From Chamaesiphon sp. (lineage in GTDB: Bacteria; Cyanobacteriota; Cyanobacteriia; Cyanobacteriales; Chamaesiphonaceae): a DNA stretch of 64,000 nt. Below are positions 25,549 to 35,794 of this stretch, piece by piece. Numbering within the stretch: position 1 is the first letter of the stretch; each line of letters opens with the position of its first letter. Both the position numbers and the translations under genes were made by a program. Location of the stretch: assembly GCA_965246715.1 (NCBI GenBank), contig CBDFFH010000051.1, positions 1 through 64,000 of the forward strand, written 5' to 3'. Below the pieces are notes generated by a model, which was given only the letters and a program-made list of their open reading frames with translations, made no database searches and was not told the DNA's origin.

Positions 25549-25811
25549 ATGATATCACTCGTTGGCGATAGCCTCTCCGTGGAGAATCGATTGACAGCAG
25601 AAATATTATCCTTAATATTATCCTTGCCTAGCGCATCTAGAGCAATCCTCGCAGACAAGTTAATTGAGAGCCTAGAATTTGACATCGATACCAATATTCA
25701 ATCAGCTTGGAGTTCGACAGCAAAAAACGCCGAGATGAAGTGCGAGATGGATCTGTACGAGTAATTCCAGGCGATGATGCACTAGCGCAGGTTAGAAACT
25801 CGATCTATTGA
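25549..25811 (+). pseudogene. Addiction-module antitoxin component, frameshifted
   Basis: LSLPSASRAILADKLIESL...AW; adding one A at gcaaaaaacgc gives KKRRDEVRDGSVRVIPGDDALAQVR; also has a 24-bp insert and a 12-bp duplication. Confidence 0.7.
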
Positions 25812-25823
25812 GAGATTAAACCT

Positions 25824-26198
25824 ATGACAATTCGACAACTTTTCGACTCCGCTCAACGCAAGCCCCGCTACAGCAAAAAAGAATTTGCTCAACGTGGCGA
25901 TGAAATTTATGAATCCCAGGTGTGCCAACAAATCGATGAAGAGATCGATCGTGGTAGGATTGTCGCGATCGATATCGAAACCGGAGAATTTGAACTAGCC
26001 GACGATACAATGATGGCAACTCGACAACTCTACGATCGTTTGCCAGATGCTCAACCTTGGGTTGTACGGATTGGCTATCGTGCCATGCGTCGATTTGGCG
26101 CACGGATCGGCTCTCCTGGGTTTATGGGGGAAAATGTAGCGAAAGCGGAATTTTGCCCATCTACTCAACTTCAACTTTTAGCTAACTTTTACTGTTAG
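25824..26198 (+). CDS. Small hypothetical protein
   Basis: PRYSKKEFAQRGDEIYE...GRIVAIDIETGEFE...WVVRIG resembles a small cyanobacterial family; the tail after FGAR may be a fusion. Confidence 0.6.
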   Translation: MTIRQLFDSAQRKPRYSKKEFAQRGDEIYESQVCQQIDEEIDRGRIVAIDIETGEFELADDTMMATRQLYDRLPDAQPWVVRIGYRAMRRFGARIGSPGFMGENVAKAEFCPSTQLQLLANFYC

Positions 26199-26281
26199 AT
26201 TGGCTGAATTTTTACTGCCAATCGTCAGATCGAAAGAGATGAAACTCTTGCACAGAGAGGTTTTGACTAAAACCATCATCT

Positions 26282-26338
26282 TGATGAGTTTGGCTTATTA
26301 AAATTAGCTTCGCCAATTTCAATAAGCCAAACTTATCA
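26282..26338. repeat. 24-bp-arm hairpin
   Basis: tgatgagtttggcttattaaaatt / aatttcaataagccaaacttatca (2 mismatches). Confidence 0.7.
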
Positions 26339-26360
26339 CCATAACTACGAGAGAGCCTAT

Positions 26361-26456
26361 TTATTACCTTTCTGGTAAGGCTCGATTCGTTGGTTTAGGC
26401 TCTGGAGCAAGAGAATCGATGCCGAGATGAATGGGGTGGTTCGATCGCTTTTGAGT
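26361..26456 (+). repeat. Inter-cassette repeat R6 (nearest yajQ)
   Basis: ttattacctttctggtaaggctcgattcgttggtttaggctctggagcaagagaatcgat...gatgaatggggtggttcgatcgcttttgagtt. Confidence 0.9.
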
Positions 26457-26647
26457 TTTGATGAATTAGCGATCGCGCAGCGCGCTCGAGAAAGAGCATA
26501 TTAATATTACGATCGATCCAGAAACAGATGAGTGAAAAATCGAACTGATGCTTGAGAAGTTTAATTCAAATCAAATTGGTAATTGGCGAAATATTTACAA
26601 AGATTAAATATATCGCTAATTTTCAGCCTATTATTTTTAGAGAGCAA

Positions 26648-27139
26648 TCAGCGATAGTTAGTAAATTGTAAAGCTACCGGAAAATCTTCTTGTTTCACGC
26701 GTTGCATGACGGCTTGCAGCTCGTCTTTATCCTTCGCAGTTACCCGTACTACGTCGCCTTGAATCGATGGTTGGACTTTTTTAAATTCATCGCGAATCAG
26801 TTTAGAAATCTGCTTGGCATGTTCTTGGCTGATACCTTTTTTGAGAGTGATTTCTTGACGAATGCGATTGCCACTGGCAGCATCGATTTTACCGTAGTCA
26901 AAGATTTTGAGTGAGAGACTGCGTTTGACTGCTTTGGACTGAAGCATGTCATGGACGGCATCGAGCGTCATCTCACTAGCGGTATTAATCGTAATTTTGT
27001 CTTCAGCTAGTTCGATCGTGGTTTGGGTATCTTTGAGATCGTAACGGCTGCTAACCTCGCGAGTTGTTTGATCGAGAGCGTTAACTAATTCCTGGCGATC
27101 GAAATCGCTGACAATATCAAAAGAAAAAGTAGAAGCCAT
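26648..27139 (-). CDS. yajQ: YajQ-family cyclic-di-GMP-binding protein
   Basis: SFDIVS...RYDLK...IQGDVVRVT...LQFTNYR; 163 aa. Confidence 0.95.
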   Translation of the reverse strand: MASTFSFDIVSDFDRQELVNALDQTTREVSSRYDLKDTQTTIELAEDKITINTASEMTLDAVHDMLQSKAVKRSLSLKIFDYGKIDAASGNRIRQEITLKKGISQEHAKQISKLIRDEFKKVQPSIQGDVVRVTAKDKDELQAVMQRVKQEDFPVALQFTNYR

Positions 27140-27224
27140 AATAAGTTGTAAATTATAAATGATGAATGATGAATTAATTTGATTCAAAATTTATTTGTCA
27201 GTTGAGGCTAAGTCGATCGCTAAA

Positions 27225-27647
27225 CTATTTAATCATCGTGCTCGTGATACTCATAGCCATGAGCGTGTAGATTGCTACCGAGCCAACACCGAACATCAGC
27301 GATCGACCGAGCGGTATATTAATGATATAAAAAATTGAGTAAAGTATCCGAGCAACAGTAAAGCCGATCGCGCAGTTTACTACCGTCGCTGACTCTTGAT
27401 GGGTGGCGTAGGCCATCAATGCGGCGGCACTGTAAAGTGTAAAGGCTTCCCAAGAATTTTGGTGCGCCCACGAAGCCCGTTTGGCATAGTCTGGCAACTT
27501 ATCGAATGTCGCGCGGGGTGCCGAGATATCAAACCCCACTTGAAAGCGAGTAATCGCCACAATTAGATAGGGAACATACACTAAGAATGCCGCCACCGCG
27601 ATCGAACCGAGTAGAATCGTAGACGTAGAAAAATTTGCGAAATTCAT
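27225..27647 (-). CDS. MAPEG-family membrane protein
   Basis: RASWAHQNSWEAF, ARILY. Confidence 0.85.
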   Translation of the reverse strand: MNFANFSTSTILLGSIAVAAFLVYVPYLIVAITRFQVGFDISAPRATFDKLPDYAKRASWAHQNSWEAFTLYSAAALMAYATHQESATVVNCAIGFTVARILYSIFYIINIPLGRSLMFGVGSVAIYTLMAMSITSTMIK

Positions 27648-27695
27648 ATACAGGTGTAATGCGGTCGGGCTGGTAGCATGAATGGTTCGAGTGGC

Positions 27696-28211
27696 TTAGT
27701 CGAAGTAAAATAAGGTCACAACTTTATGTTGTTCTTCGGCCTCGTGACAGGTTTGGAGCAATGTCGCACTATTGTGAAAGGCGAAGCAGATCAACTGCTG
27801 ACAACGAGAGATAATTTCTTGGTTACAAATAGCACTAGCTTCGCCTAATGACATCGCGTCATTACCCGGACTTTCTACCAGATGCATAACGTTCTGCAAC
27901 AGTGTTTGCGACTCGCGGGGCTGACGATCGAGACTTTGAGGCAATATCACCGTTAGCATATCGCGATTGGCCCTAATTGCACCGCGAATAGCAGCAGCAT
28001 TGGTACCAGCAGCACCAGACGTGATCAGACGATTTCCGGATAGTACTAGAGCGTAGCTCATCATCTCAATCAGATGCTGATGGGTGATCGGGACGTGGCG
28101 CGAACCGAGGAGCGCAATTTTTTTAGAGCCAGTCTGTTGAATCGTCGCAAGTTCCTGGGCTAGGGTATCGATGTCAGATACGTTAATCAAAGACGGTGCA
28201 TGGCTTAACAA
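27696..28211 (-). CDS. DprA/SMF-fold (DNA recombination-mediator A-like) conserved cyanobacterial protein
   Basis: IALLGSR, LITSGAAGTN, VILPQ Rossmann-like motifs. Confidence 0.7.
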   Translation of the reverse strand: MLSHAPSLINVSDIDTLAQELATIQQTGSKKIALLGSRHVPITHQHLIEMMSYALVLSGNRLITSGAAGTNAAAIRGAIRANRDMLTVILPQSLDRQPRESQTLLQNVMHLVESPGNDAMSLGEASAICNQEIISRCQQLICFAFHNSATLLQTCHEAEEQHKVVTLFYFD

Positions 28212-28304
28212 CTTTGCTATTTTAACATAATCGCTTGGAAGTCCCGTATGAATATCGCGAAAAAGCTAGTTGTCACGACGTGTCGTTCTCGGCGCTGAAT
28301 TAGG

Positions 28305-30344
28305 CTACTGATGGGACAGAACCCGGAGCGGGAGAGCGAGACTGCGACTATCCAACAGCAACCCATCTAGCAAAAATGCCAAAGAGCTGGCCCAATTGGA
28401 ATATCGACGCTCGATTGTCACCCAGTGACTCTGAGCAAGTCGCTACAGATAAATATTGCCATTGGCATCGCCAGTTGCCACCAAATCGCCAATCAGATTG
28501 AAAGTGGAAGAGATCGTTCTGCCACAGGCGTGGGTAAATACAGATCGCTCGAATGCCACTCCAGCAAAATTGACCTGCAGCAGCTCGACATCGACCAGAT
28601 AAGCCGACCAAATCGGTAATCCAGAACAGTCCAATTCATTGAGCGTGCGATTTGGTGATAGCTCGATTAATAAATTTAGGATATTGCCTGCGAGATAACC
28701 GGGTGGGGGCGGAGCTAGAGATTGCCATCTACTCAAAACTTGCTGAAGGTATTGGGTTAAAGCCGTGCGACTGGGCCAACTCGAGAGCAAGCGATCGAGA
28801 ATCGGGCGGAGACTCGACTGGATCTGGGCGTGACGCAAATAATCTTTGGCTGTCGCGCAAATAATGGCGTAGGTATTAAGGTGGATAAACTGTTGTTGGA
28901 GCTGTTTGGGTGAGGGATTCGTAGGGCTGAGTTCGGCAACGAGCGTATCGATCGCCCGCTGTGTCACATACGCGATCGTGACGGGTTGAAGCGTCCAGGA
29001 TTGCTCTTGCCGAATGACGATACAACGCCGTAATAAAGATTGCAGCGCATTGAAGATTTCGCTATATATCTGGGGGTCGGGTAAGAGATTGGCGCGTAAT
29101 TGGGTGGAGTTAATCGGTTCGCGCTCGATCGCCAGCCAGTAAACTATTTGCTGTTCGACAGCCGACAAGCGCTCGAATTGACGCTGGAGGATATCATTGA
29201 TGCCCTGAAATGGTAATTTACCCTGACGCATTAACGGATAGAGATCGAAGACTTTTTCGCCACCGCCAGTCATTTCTACAGCGGTAAGTGCTGCGATTTT
29301 GAGTGCGAGTGGATTGCCGCCATAGTGCTGGTAAACTTCCTGCCACATCCAATCTGGCAGAGCCGCACAACCATAAGATTGGATCAAGTGATGCCCTGGC
29401 GCGGAGGCCAATCCACCCACGTTCAGCGATCGTACTAACTGCGGGTTGGCGATCTGCGATCGGGTAATCGTATATGGTTGCTCTCGACTGGTTAGCAGCA
29501 AACAACTTTGATGTGAGAGTTCGCCGATCGATTTAAATAAGAGATCGTAGTCTTCATGGTCCGATCGATACTTTCCGGATTGGACTCGTCCAGCGAGGAT
29601 CGATTCGACGTTATCGAAAATCAGCAAGCAGCGACTGTGGCTGAGGAAATCGATTAAGAGGGCGATTTGACCTTCAAGGGTATCTGGCAGCTCGTCACTC
29701 TGGTGCGAACTAAAAAATTTTAATAAATCGGCACAAAGTTCGGTTGCTGATGGTCTATTCAGTAGCGATCTCCAGATCGTCTGCTCGAAGTGCGCTGCGA
29801 GTTGGTGCGCTAATTCCCATGCTAAAGTGCTTTTGCCAATCCCGCCCATGCCGATGAGCGCGATCGTCCGACAGCGGTACTGGAGACACCAACTCGTCAA
29901 CGTCGCCAATTCGTCGGTTCGTCCGTAAAAACGCCGCTCGGTTTCGAGCTTGGTGTCTAGTGCTTGAATGCCTTCACCCCAATCTGCGACTCTCGCCTCG
30001 AGCTTCTGGCTCGGCAGAGCAGCTGGGCTTGGTTCTAGACTGAATCCTGACTGCTTGGCGTACCAATGTAATACCGCTGCCAAACTCTTTTTGGTCACCT
30101 TTTGTCCCAACCGCTGGCTAAGAGACTGCCACAATTGAGCGCCTGTCTCTTTGACATAACCGAGTTGGTATCTTCCGACGGTTTTTTTAGTTGGATCGCC
30201 GGATTTATTGATTTCAGCCGCCACAACAATCTGCTGGTAGCTATCTCCCGCAATGACACCACAAACGATCGCGCGCTGAATTGCCGTTAAGGATTTGGGA
30301 GCCAAAAGTGTCTCAATGATTGCGATAGCGCGATCGGCATCCAT
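28305..30344 (-). pseudogene. NB-ARC/STAND NTPase with truncated, decayed WD40 tail
   Basis: Walker A GMGGIGKST, LLIFDNVE, LLTSRE, GNPLALK; TAG at 28443 inside the first WD40 repeat. Confidence 0.75.
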
Positions 30345-30457
30345 AATTACAATCTAATACTGGGCTGGTTAAATTGACTAGATCGTACTTCTTCCCCTAC
30401 TTTTTCCATACTTTTATATTCATTGACTATACAATCTCAATGCTATAGTATGAACTA

Positions 30458-30586
30458 CAGAGTGTTTGTGTGTTCAACTTGTGATTTATTAGCTTAACTT
30501 CGGCTCAAGAAGTTTCTGCTAACTAAATCCGCCCCAATCGTTGTCGGTCTTACCAGGTAGATCGCCAACAATTGGGGGTTTTTTAT
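30458..30586 (+). ncRNA. Candidate small RNA (two hairpins and a U-tail)
   Basis: TTGACT-N17-TAGTAT at 30423-30451, hairpin 30483-30529, then a terminator-like hairpin 30532-30577 followed by a T-run. Confidence 0.4.
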
Positions 30587-30672
30587 ATGGATTAATTTAC
30601 AGCAACCCGATCGAGATTCGGACTATAATCTCTTCATTGTGAGTTAAACAGACCGATTGTTACTAATTGTTT

Positions 30673-31698
30673 ATGAATTTAGCACTTCAGGTTGGGGATA
30701 GTCAAATTCCGTACGATCGCGTTTTGCAGCAACTACATGAGTCGAAATTATTACCCCAACTGCTGCGTGAAATTCTCATCGACGAAACGATCGATCGGGT
30801 AGCTGAGGAATATCGCATCGATTTGACCCCCACTCAGGAAGAATTCGATCGGTTGTCCGCGCAGGTAGCGGGCATTCTGCCTTTTCAGGGAATGAACCCC
30901 GAGCAACTAGCGGCGATTACCAGCCGGACACTTAAGTTATACAAGTTCAAACAAGCTGGGTGGGGGCACAAAGTTAGTAGCTATTTTGAAACCGTGCGTG
31001 ACAGGTTAAATCGGGTATCGTATTCGATCCTCCTGGTCGAAGATGGTGCGATCGCCCAAGAACTATTCTTTCGGATTCAATCTGCCGAAAATTCCTTTGC
31101 CGAACTTGCCGTTAAATATTCCCAGGATGAGACAGCGCAACGCGGTGGTACGCTCGGGCCGATGCTGCTGAGTGAAGTGAATCCGGCGATTGCGTCGATA
31201 TTGAGTAAACTCAAGCCAGGTGAATTATCCACATTATTTCAACTCGATCGCTTTTATGGTTTTATGCGGTTGAACGACCTAATCGAGCCAGAATTAGATG
31301 AAAATATGCATCAAGCGCTCTTGGATGAGTTGTTTGAAAACTGGATTCAACTCCAAATCGCCACGGAAATCGGTGCGAATGCCGAAATTTCGCTGACGAC
31401 ACTCGCTACTGGCACTCACCAACCAACGCCCACGGCCGAGACAGCTGGAAGAGATCGATCGCCATTGTTACTTGCCGCAGAGACCGCTACCATCGCCGCT
31501 ACTGCACCCAATCGAGCTGCGACAACATTCGACCCATTCGCGCCAGATTTCGCTTATAGAGAGACGAATTTAACGGAAGATCCTGGCGACTCATTACTGA
31601 CAACGACTCCAGAAGTAACAGTCGTTACCGAACCGGAAGAACAAGATCTCGCGGTAACGACTGGATTCTTTTTCCCAGATTCACCTACCGATAAGTAG
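30673..31698 (+). CDS. Parvulin/PpiC-type peptidyl-prolyl isomerase with low-complexity tail
   Basis: AQELFFRI...SFAELAVKYSQD...RGGTLGP...LKPGELS. Confidence 0.8.
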   Translation: MNLALQVGDSQIPYDRVLQQLHESKLLPQLLREILIDETIDRVAEEYRIDLTPTQEEFDRLSAQVAGILPFQGMNPEQLAAITSRTLKLYKFKQAGWGHKVSSYFETVRDRLNRVSYSILLVEDGAIAQELFFRIQSAENSFAELAVKYSQDETAQRGGTLGPMLLSEVNPAIASILSKLKPGELSTLFQLDRFYGFMRLNDLIEPELDENMHQALLDELFENWIQLQIATEIGANAEISLTTLATGTHQPTPTAETAGRDRSPLLLAAETATIAATAPNRAATTFDPFAPDFAYRETNLTEDPGDSLLTTTPEVTVVTEPEEQDLAVTTGFFFPDSPTDK

Positions 31699-31717
31699 CT
31701 GATTTCAGTTGGATTAC

Positions 31718-32320
31718 CTAATTATTTATCAGAATATAAACTGCACCACCAACGATCGTGGCACCACCAAATCGAAACAATTGCTGGCGTAAAATTGGTT
31801 GCAACCGATCTAGTCCCAGCCCGATCCCAATGCCTAACAGATGGAGTGCAGCAGTGGAGAGGATAAAACCTGCACCATAATTTAATCCAGCAGCAGTGGC
31901 AGGCATCTCCGCCCCATGAGCATAGCCATGAAATATCGCTAAGCACGAAACAATCGCCATGCCGATCGCTAGTGGCAAGCGTGGAGCTACCAATAGCAAT
32001 AACCCCAAGCCAAAATCTGAAGCGAGGATACCCTGCTCAACACCGGGCAAGGGCAGTGCCAAATGACCGAGAACGCTACTCCCTGCCATTGCCAACATAA
32101 AGGAACTTGGCAGCAACCATAGTGCCTTGCCGCCAATCTGCGCTGCCCATAAACCAACCGCAACCATCGCCAATACATGGTCTAATCCCCCGATCGGATG
32201 ACCCAATCCGTGCCAAAATCCGCTGGGGTCGCTAACGCCAGTATGGGCGCTAGCAAGACTAGGCAGAAGTAATGTTACCCCGATCGCACCCACCAAACAC
32301 ATCCAAAACCGATTTTTCAT
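31718..32320 (-). CDS. HupE/UreJ-family Ni/Co transporter
   Basis: GLGHPIGGLDHVLAMVAVG, FHGYAHGAE. Confidence 0.92.
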   Translation of the reverse strand: MKNRFWMCLVGAIGVTLLLPSLASAHTGVSDPSGFWHGLGHPIGGLDHVLAMVAVGLWAAQIGGKALWLLPSSFMLAMAGSSVLGHLALPLPGVEQGILASDFGLGLLLLVAPRLPLAIGMAIVSCLAIFHGYAHGAEMPATAAGLNYGAGFILSTAALHLLGIGIGLGLDRLQPILRQQLFRFGGATIVGGAVYILINN

Positions 32321-32927
32321 CCGATCGCTCCTAAACTTTACTAATACGCTAACATCGACACGCTCGATTTCGATGCATACATTGTTACGGAAATCGACCG
32401 ATACGGTCAAACTAAACTTAACAATATTACGTAATTCTCTAAAATACTTAGTAATTACAGTGAACCAAGCTGACGCTGCTGCTGTCTAAGTATTTGGCAG
32501 ACATCTACTGATGGATATAAGCCAAAATAAATCTAATCCTGCGATGTTTTATCGCAATTCTTCGCAATCGAGCGAGCATTTCAAAAGTGAATAACATCTA
32601 CTTTAGTAGAGTTGAAACTGTTTGAATTCACGTCGTGCCAGCTTGGGCTGCTTATTTTTACAACTATTCGAGCGATCGATTTACTTGGGAACTTTTAAAT
32701 AGAATAAAACGCCATGTTAATTAAATCGATCGAGAACTTTTCTGAATTTAAATCGGACTCGTACTTAACGATTTTACCCCTCCCCGATCGAACTAATAGT
32801 TATCGCCAAATTGCCAATAGGCTCAAAGAACGGTTGACTATTAGTTCGATCCAGCTTGAAAAATTCCCAGTTCTCAAAGTGGGTGGGGTTCAACTCACAA
32901 TTATTACTCAATTGAAGGACATTTGTT

Positions 32928-33515
32928 ATGAAACTATTCAAAGCTTTGCTCGGTGCAGCTACACTCGTAGCTACTTCCCTAGCGCCGGTGTTTGCAAATA
33001 CTACTAGTAAAGTAGAAATTATGGGTGCTGGCTATGGTGGCAATGGTTGTCCAGCGAATTCTGCCAGCGTGACTGTCAGCCCAGACGGACAAGAATTGAG
33101 CATTTTGTTCGATAAGTTTATCGCTATGGGTAATAACCCTAGCGAAAGCCGTAAAAGCTGTAACTTGAGCATCCCGATTAAAGTACCCCAAGGCTATCAA
33201 ATCTCTCTCTATGATGCCGATTACCGGGGCTACGTTGCGCCATCGACCTCTGCAAGTTTGCGAGCGGAGTATTTCTTCGCTGGCGCACGTGGCCCGGTTT
33301 TTAGCCGTAATTTTAATGGCGAAACTAACTATAACGTTCGGGATAAATTAGCAACTGTAGCTGATGTTTGGTCGACTTGTGGTGCGAGTACCAATATGCG
33401 CGTCAATGCAGCGATGACCGCTCGCGGTAAAGGCATGGCGACAGTGGATTCGTTCGACCTAGCACACCGTGGTCTGGTTTATCACATTCAATATCGCGCT
33501 TGTCCCGCACGCTAA
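32928..33515 (+). CDS. DUF4360-like secreted protein
   Basis: Signal peptide; GGNGCP, RKSCNL, DYRGY. Confidence 0.8.
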   Translation: MKLFKALLGAATLVATSLAPVFANTTSKVEIMGAGYGGNGCPANSASVTVSPDGQELSILFDKFIAMGNNPSESRKSCNLSIPIKVPQGYQISLYDADYRGYVAPSTSASLRAEYFFAGARGPVFSRNFNGETNYNVRDKLATVADVWSTCGASTNMRVNAAMTARGKGMATVDSFDLAHRGLVYHIQYRACPAR

Positions 33516-33550
33516 CAGTTAATTTTTACTAATTCCTCACATTTTAAGCT

Positions 33551-33570
33551 AGGGGCTAGGCCCCTTTTTT
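33551..33570 (+). terminator. Rho-independent terminator
   Basis: aggggctaggcccct followed by a T-run after the stop. Confidence 0.55.
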
Positions 33571-33832
33571 ATTGTGTATTGACAAATTATTAGATGCCCA
33601 AGCTTTAGCGATCCAGCCAAACCATAGAAACGACGTGATCTAGCCCGATATTTGATGGCTCGCTAGTCGCTTGCGACCTGGAAAGCTATTTAGATTGAGA
33701 TCTGAATAATTATGATTTTGCTATTGCTAAAATCCGTAGATCGATTGTGCTGAAAACCGATTAGTTATGGGAACTCAGTGGATTCGATCGCCGTTAAAAT
33801 AGAAGTATCTACTGAAGGCATCGCACTCCAAC

Positions 33833-34903
33833 ATGACAAGTCTTCTTACGGCAACCCCTGCAGCACAGTCCGCTCGCTTATGGTTGCCTGAGCGTGTTCT
33901 GTTTACTCCAGCAGCTTTAGCCGAACCGTGGGGTCAGCAGATTTTATCCCGCGTTGAGTCTTTGAATTTACCGATCGAAGAGCTGGCACACAATCGCATT
34001 ACCGGTGTGCGCGGTGCGACCGATCGCGAGACATATAATACTAGCAAGCGCACTTTAGCTGTTGTCACAGCACCACCAAGTTCGTTCAAACTTAGTCCGA
34101 TTCCGCCATCTGCCGACTGGCAGTTTCATCTTGCCGAAGGTTGTCCAGCGCATTGTCAATACTGTTATTTAGCGGGTAGTTTGTCAGGGCCGCCAGTGAT
34201 TCGTGCTTTTGCTAACTTGCCCCAGATTTTAGAAAATTTGGCAGCTTATGAGGGCGATAGCGCCACATCTTATGAGGTGAGCTGTTATACCGATCCATTG
34301 GGCATCGAGCATCTGACGGGTAGCCTTGCTGAATGCATTCGCTATTTTGGCACGCGGCCGAATGCATATTTACGATGGGTGTCCAAGTTCGATAATGTCG
34401 ATACTCTCCTCGACTTGCCGCACAACGGACACACCCGCTGTCGGGTGAGTGTCAATGCCGCGCCAGTTTCTGGACGATTTGAAGGTGGGACGGCATCGGT
34501 CAGGGCGAGATTGCAGGCATTACGGCGGTTGGCATTACCACGCAGTGAGGGTGGTGGTGGTTATCCGATTGGCGTGGTTATCGCACCGATTATGGCGATC
34601 GAAGATTGGCATCAACATTATACACGCTTGTTTGATTCGATCGAGGAAGCTCTCGATTTCGATTGCGATCTTACGTTCGAGCTGATTACCCACCGCTTTA
34701 CCCCTGGCTCGAAGGAGGTCTTGCAAACTTGGTATCCACAATCGCAGCTCGATCTGGATGAGGAGACGCGCGCTCAGAAACGGAACAAGTTTGGTGGCGT
34801 GAAATACGTGTATGATTCCAGCACGATGAAGGAGTTGCGACGCTTTTTTGAAAGCGAGATTCGACGACGTTTTTCGACAGCGAGACTGTTGTATTGGACA
34901 TAA
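33833..34903 (+). CDS. Spore photoproduct lyase-family radical SAM protein
   Basis: GCPAHCQYCYL, SCYTDPL, ELITHRFT, KFGGVKYVY. Confidence 0.9.
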   Translation: MTSLLTATPAAQSARLWLPERVLFTPAALAEPWGQQILSRVESLNLPIEELAHNRITGVRGATDRETYNTSKRTLAVVTAPPSSFKLSPIPPSADWQFHLAEGCPAHCQYCYLAGSLSGPPVIRAFANLPQILENLAAYEGDSATSYEVSCYTDPLGIEHLTGSLAECIRYFGTRPNAYLRWVSKFDNVDTLLDLPHNGHTRCRVSVNAAPVSGRFEGGTASVRARLQALRRLALPRSEGGGGYPIGVVIAPIMAIEDWHQHYTRLFDSIEEALDFDCDLTFELITHRFTPGSKEVLQTWYPQSQLDLDEETRAQKRNKFGGVKYVYDSSTMKELRRFFESEIRRRFSTARLLYWT

Positions 34904-34956
34904 TCTGCGATCGCATCGATCGTTCGAGCCTCATTTTCAAGTACATAGTTTAAGAC

Positions 34957-34989
34957 ACACCCCTGACTTCTTAGAGAAGTCGGGGGTGT
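34957..34989. repeat. Palindrome between convergent genes
   Basis: acacccctgacttct-tag-agaagtcgggggtgt. Confidence 0.6.
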
Positions 34990-35051
34990 TGCCGCATCTG
35001 GAGCGCGAGATCGCTGGCATTTTTTACTACCTGGTAGAACCGATCGATCTT

Positions 35052-35711
35052 CTACCAAGGTAATTCTTCCCCGTTAGCGTGCCAAAATGTGCCGGAAGTT
35101 TGGAGATTGAGACGATCGATCTGCTGTAAAATTCCCTTGACTGACTCTGCCGCTGGAATACCGCTATACCCAGTCATTGCGGTACTTACTAGCCCAGGAT
35201 GAATGATTGCTACGGCAATCTGGCGCGGCTGGAGATCGATCGCGAGAGACTTACCCGCCATTGAGAGCGCGACTTTTGACATCCGATAACCATAAGAACC
35301 GCCGGAAGTGTTGTCATCGATCGATCCCATCCGGCTGGTAATCAGGGCAATCTTGCCACCAGCCTGGAGATTGGGCAGTAGTGCTTGAGTGACCCGCAAT
35401 GCACCTATAGCGTTGACTTCAAACTGGTGACGGATGCTGTCAAAGTTTAAGTTATTAAGCGGATTTCGCTCCATAATGCCAGCGTTATTAATCAACACGT
35501 CGATTGTCAATCCCTGCAAGCGTTTCGCTAAATCGGCAATGGATGCATCTGACGTAATATCGATACCTGATTCGATGCGCACTCCCAGTTTTTCGAGATC
35601 TTTAGAATCCGATCGACAAACCGCGATCGCCGTCTCACCAGTTACCTGTATTTGTCGGCAGAGTTCGGTACCAATGCCACCGCTAGCTCCAGTCACTAAA
35701 AAAGTCGTCAT
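35052..35711 (-). CDS. SDR oxidoreductase (C-factor-like)
   Basis: TGASGGIG, NNAG, YRMSK. Confidence 0.9.
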   Translation of the reverse strand: MTTFLVTGASGGIGTELCRQIQVTGETAIAVCRSDSKDLEKLGVRIESGIDITSDASIADLAKRLQGLTIDVLINNAGIMERNPLNNLNFDSIRHQFEVNAIGALRVTQALLPNLQAGGKIALITSRMGSIDDNTSGGSYGYRMSKVALSMAGKSLAIDLQPRQIAVAIIHPGLVSTAMTGYSGIPAAESVKGILQQIDRLNLQTSGTFWHANGEELPW

Positions 35712-35794
35712 TCGATCTAAACCCAACTAGTTTTAAATATAATAGATGATGATACAGGCTGTAAGTGTCGAGCTAGCGTCAAGAACCAACTGAA

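Noticed and set aside
22061..26456. CRISPR array or attC array
   Set aside because: Repeats are long and degenerate, intervals are gene-sized, there are no cas genes or R''/R' boxes, and units face both ways.
32321..32900. Cobalamin riboswitch upstream of hupE/ureJ
   Set aside because: Plausible from context, but no B12-box motif was recognisable.
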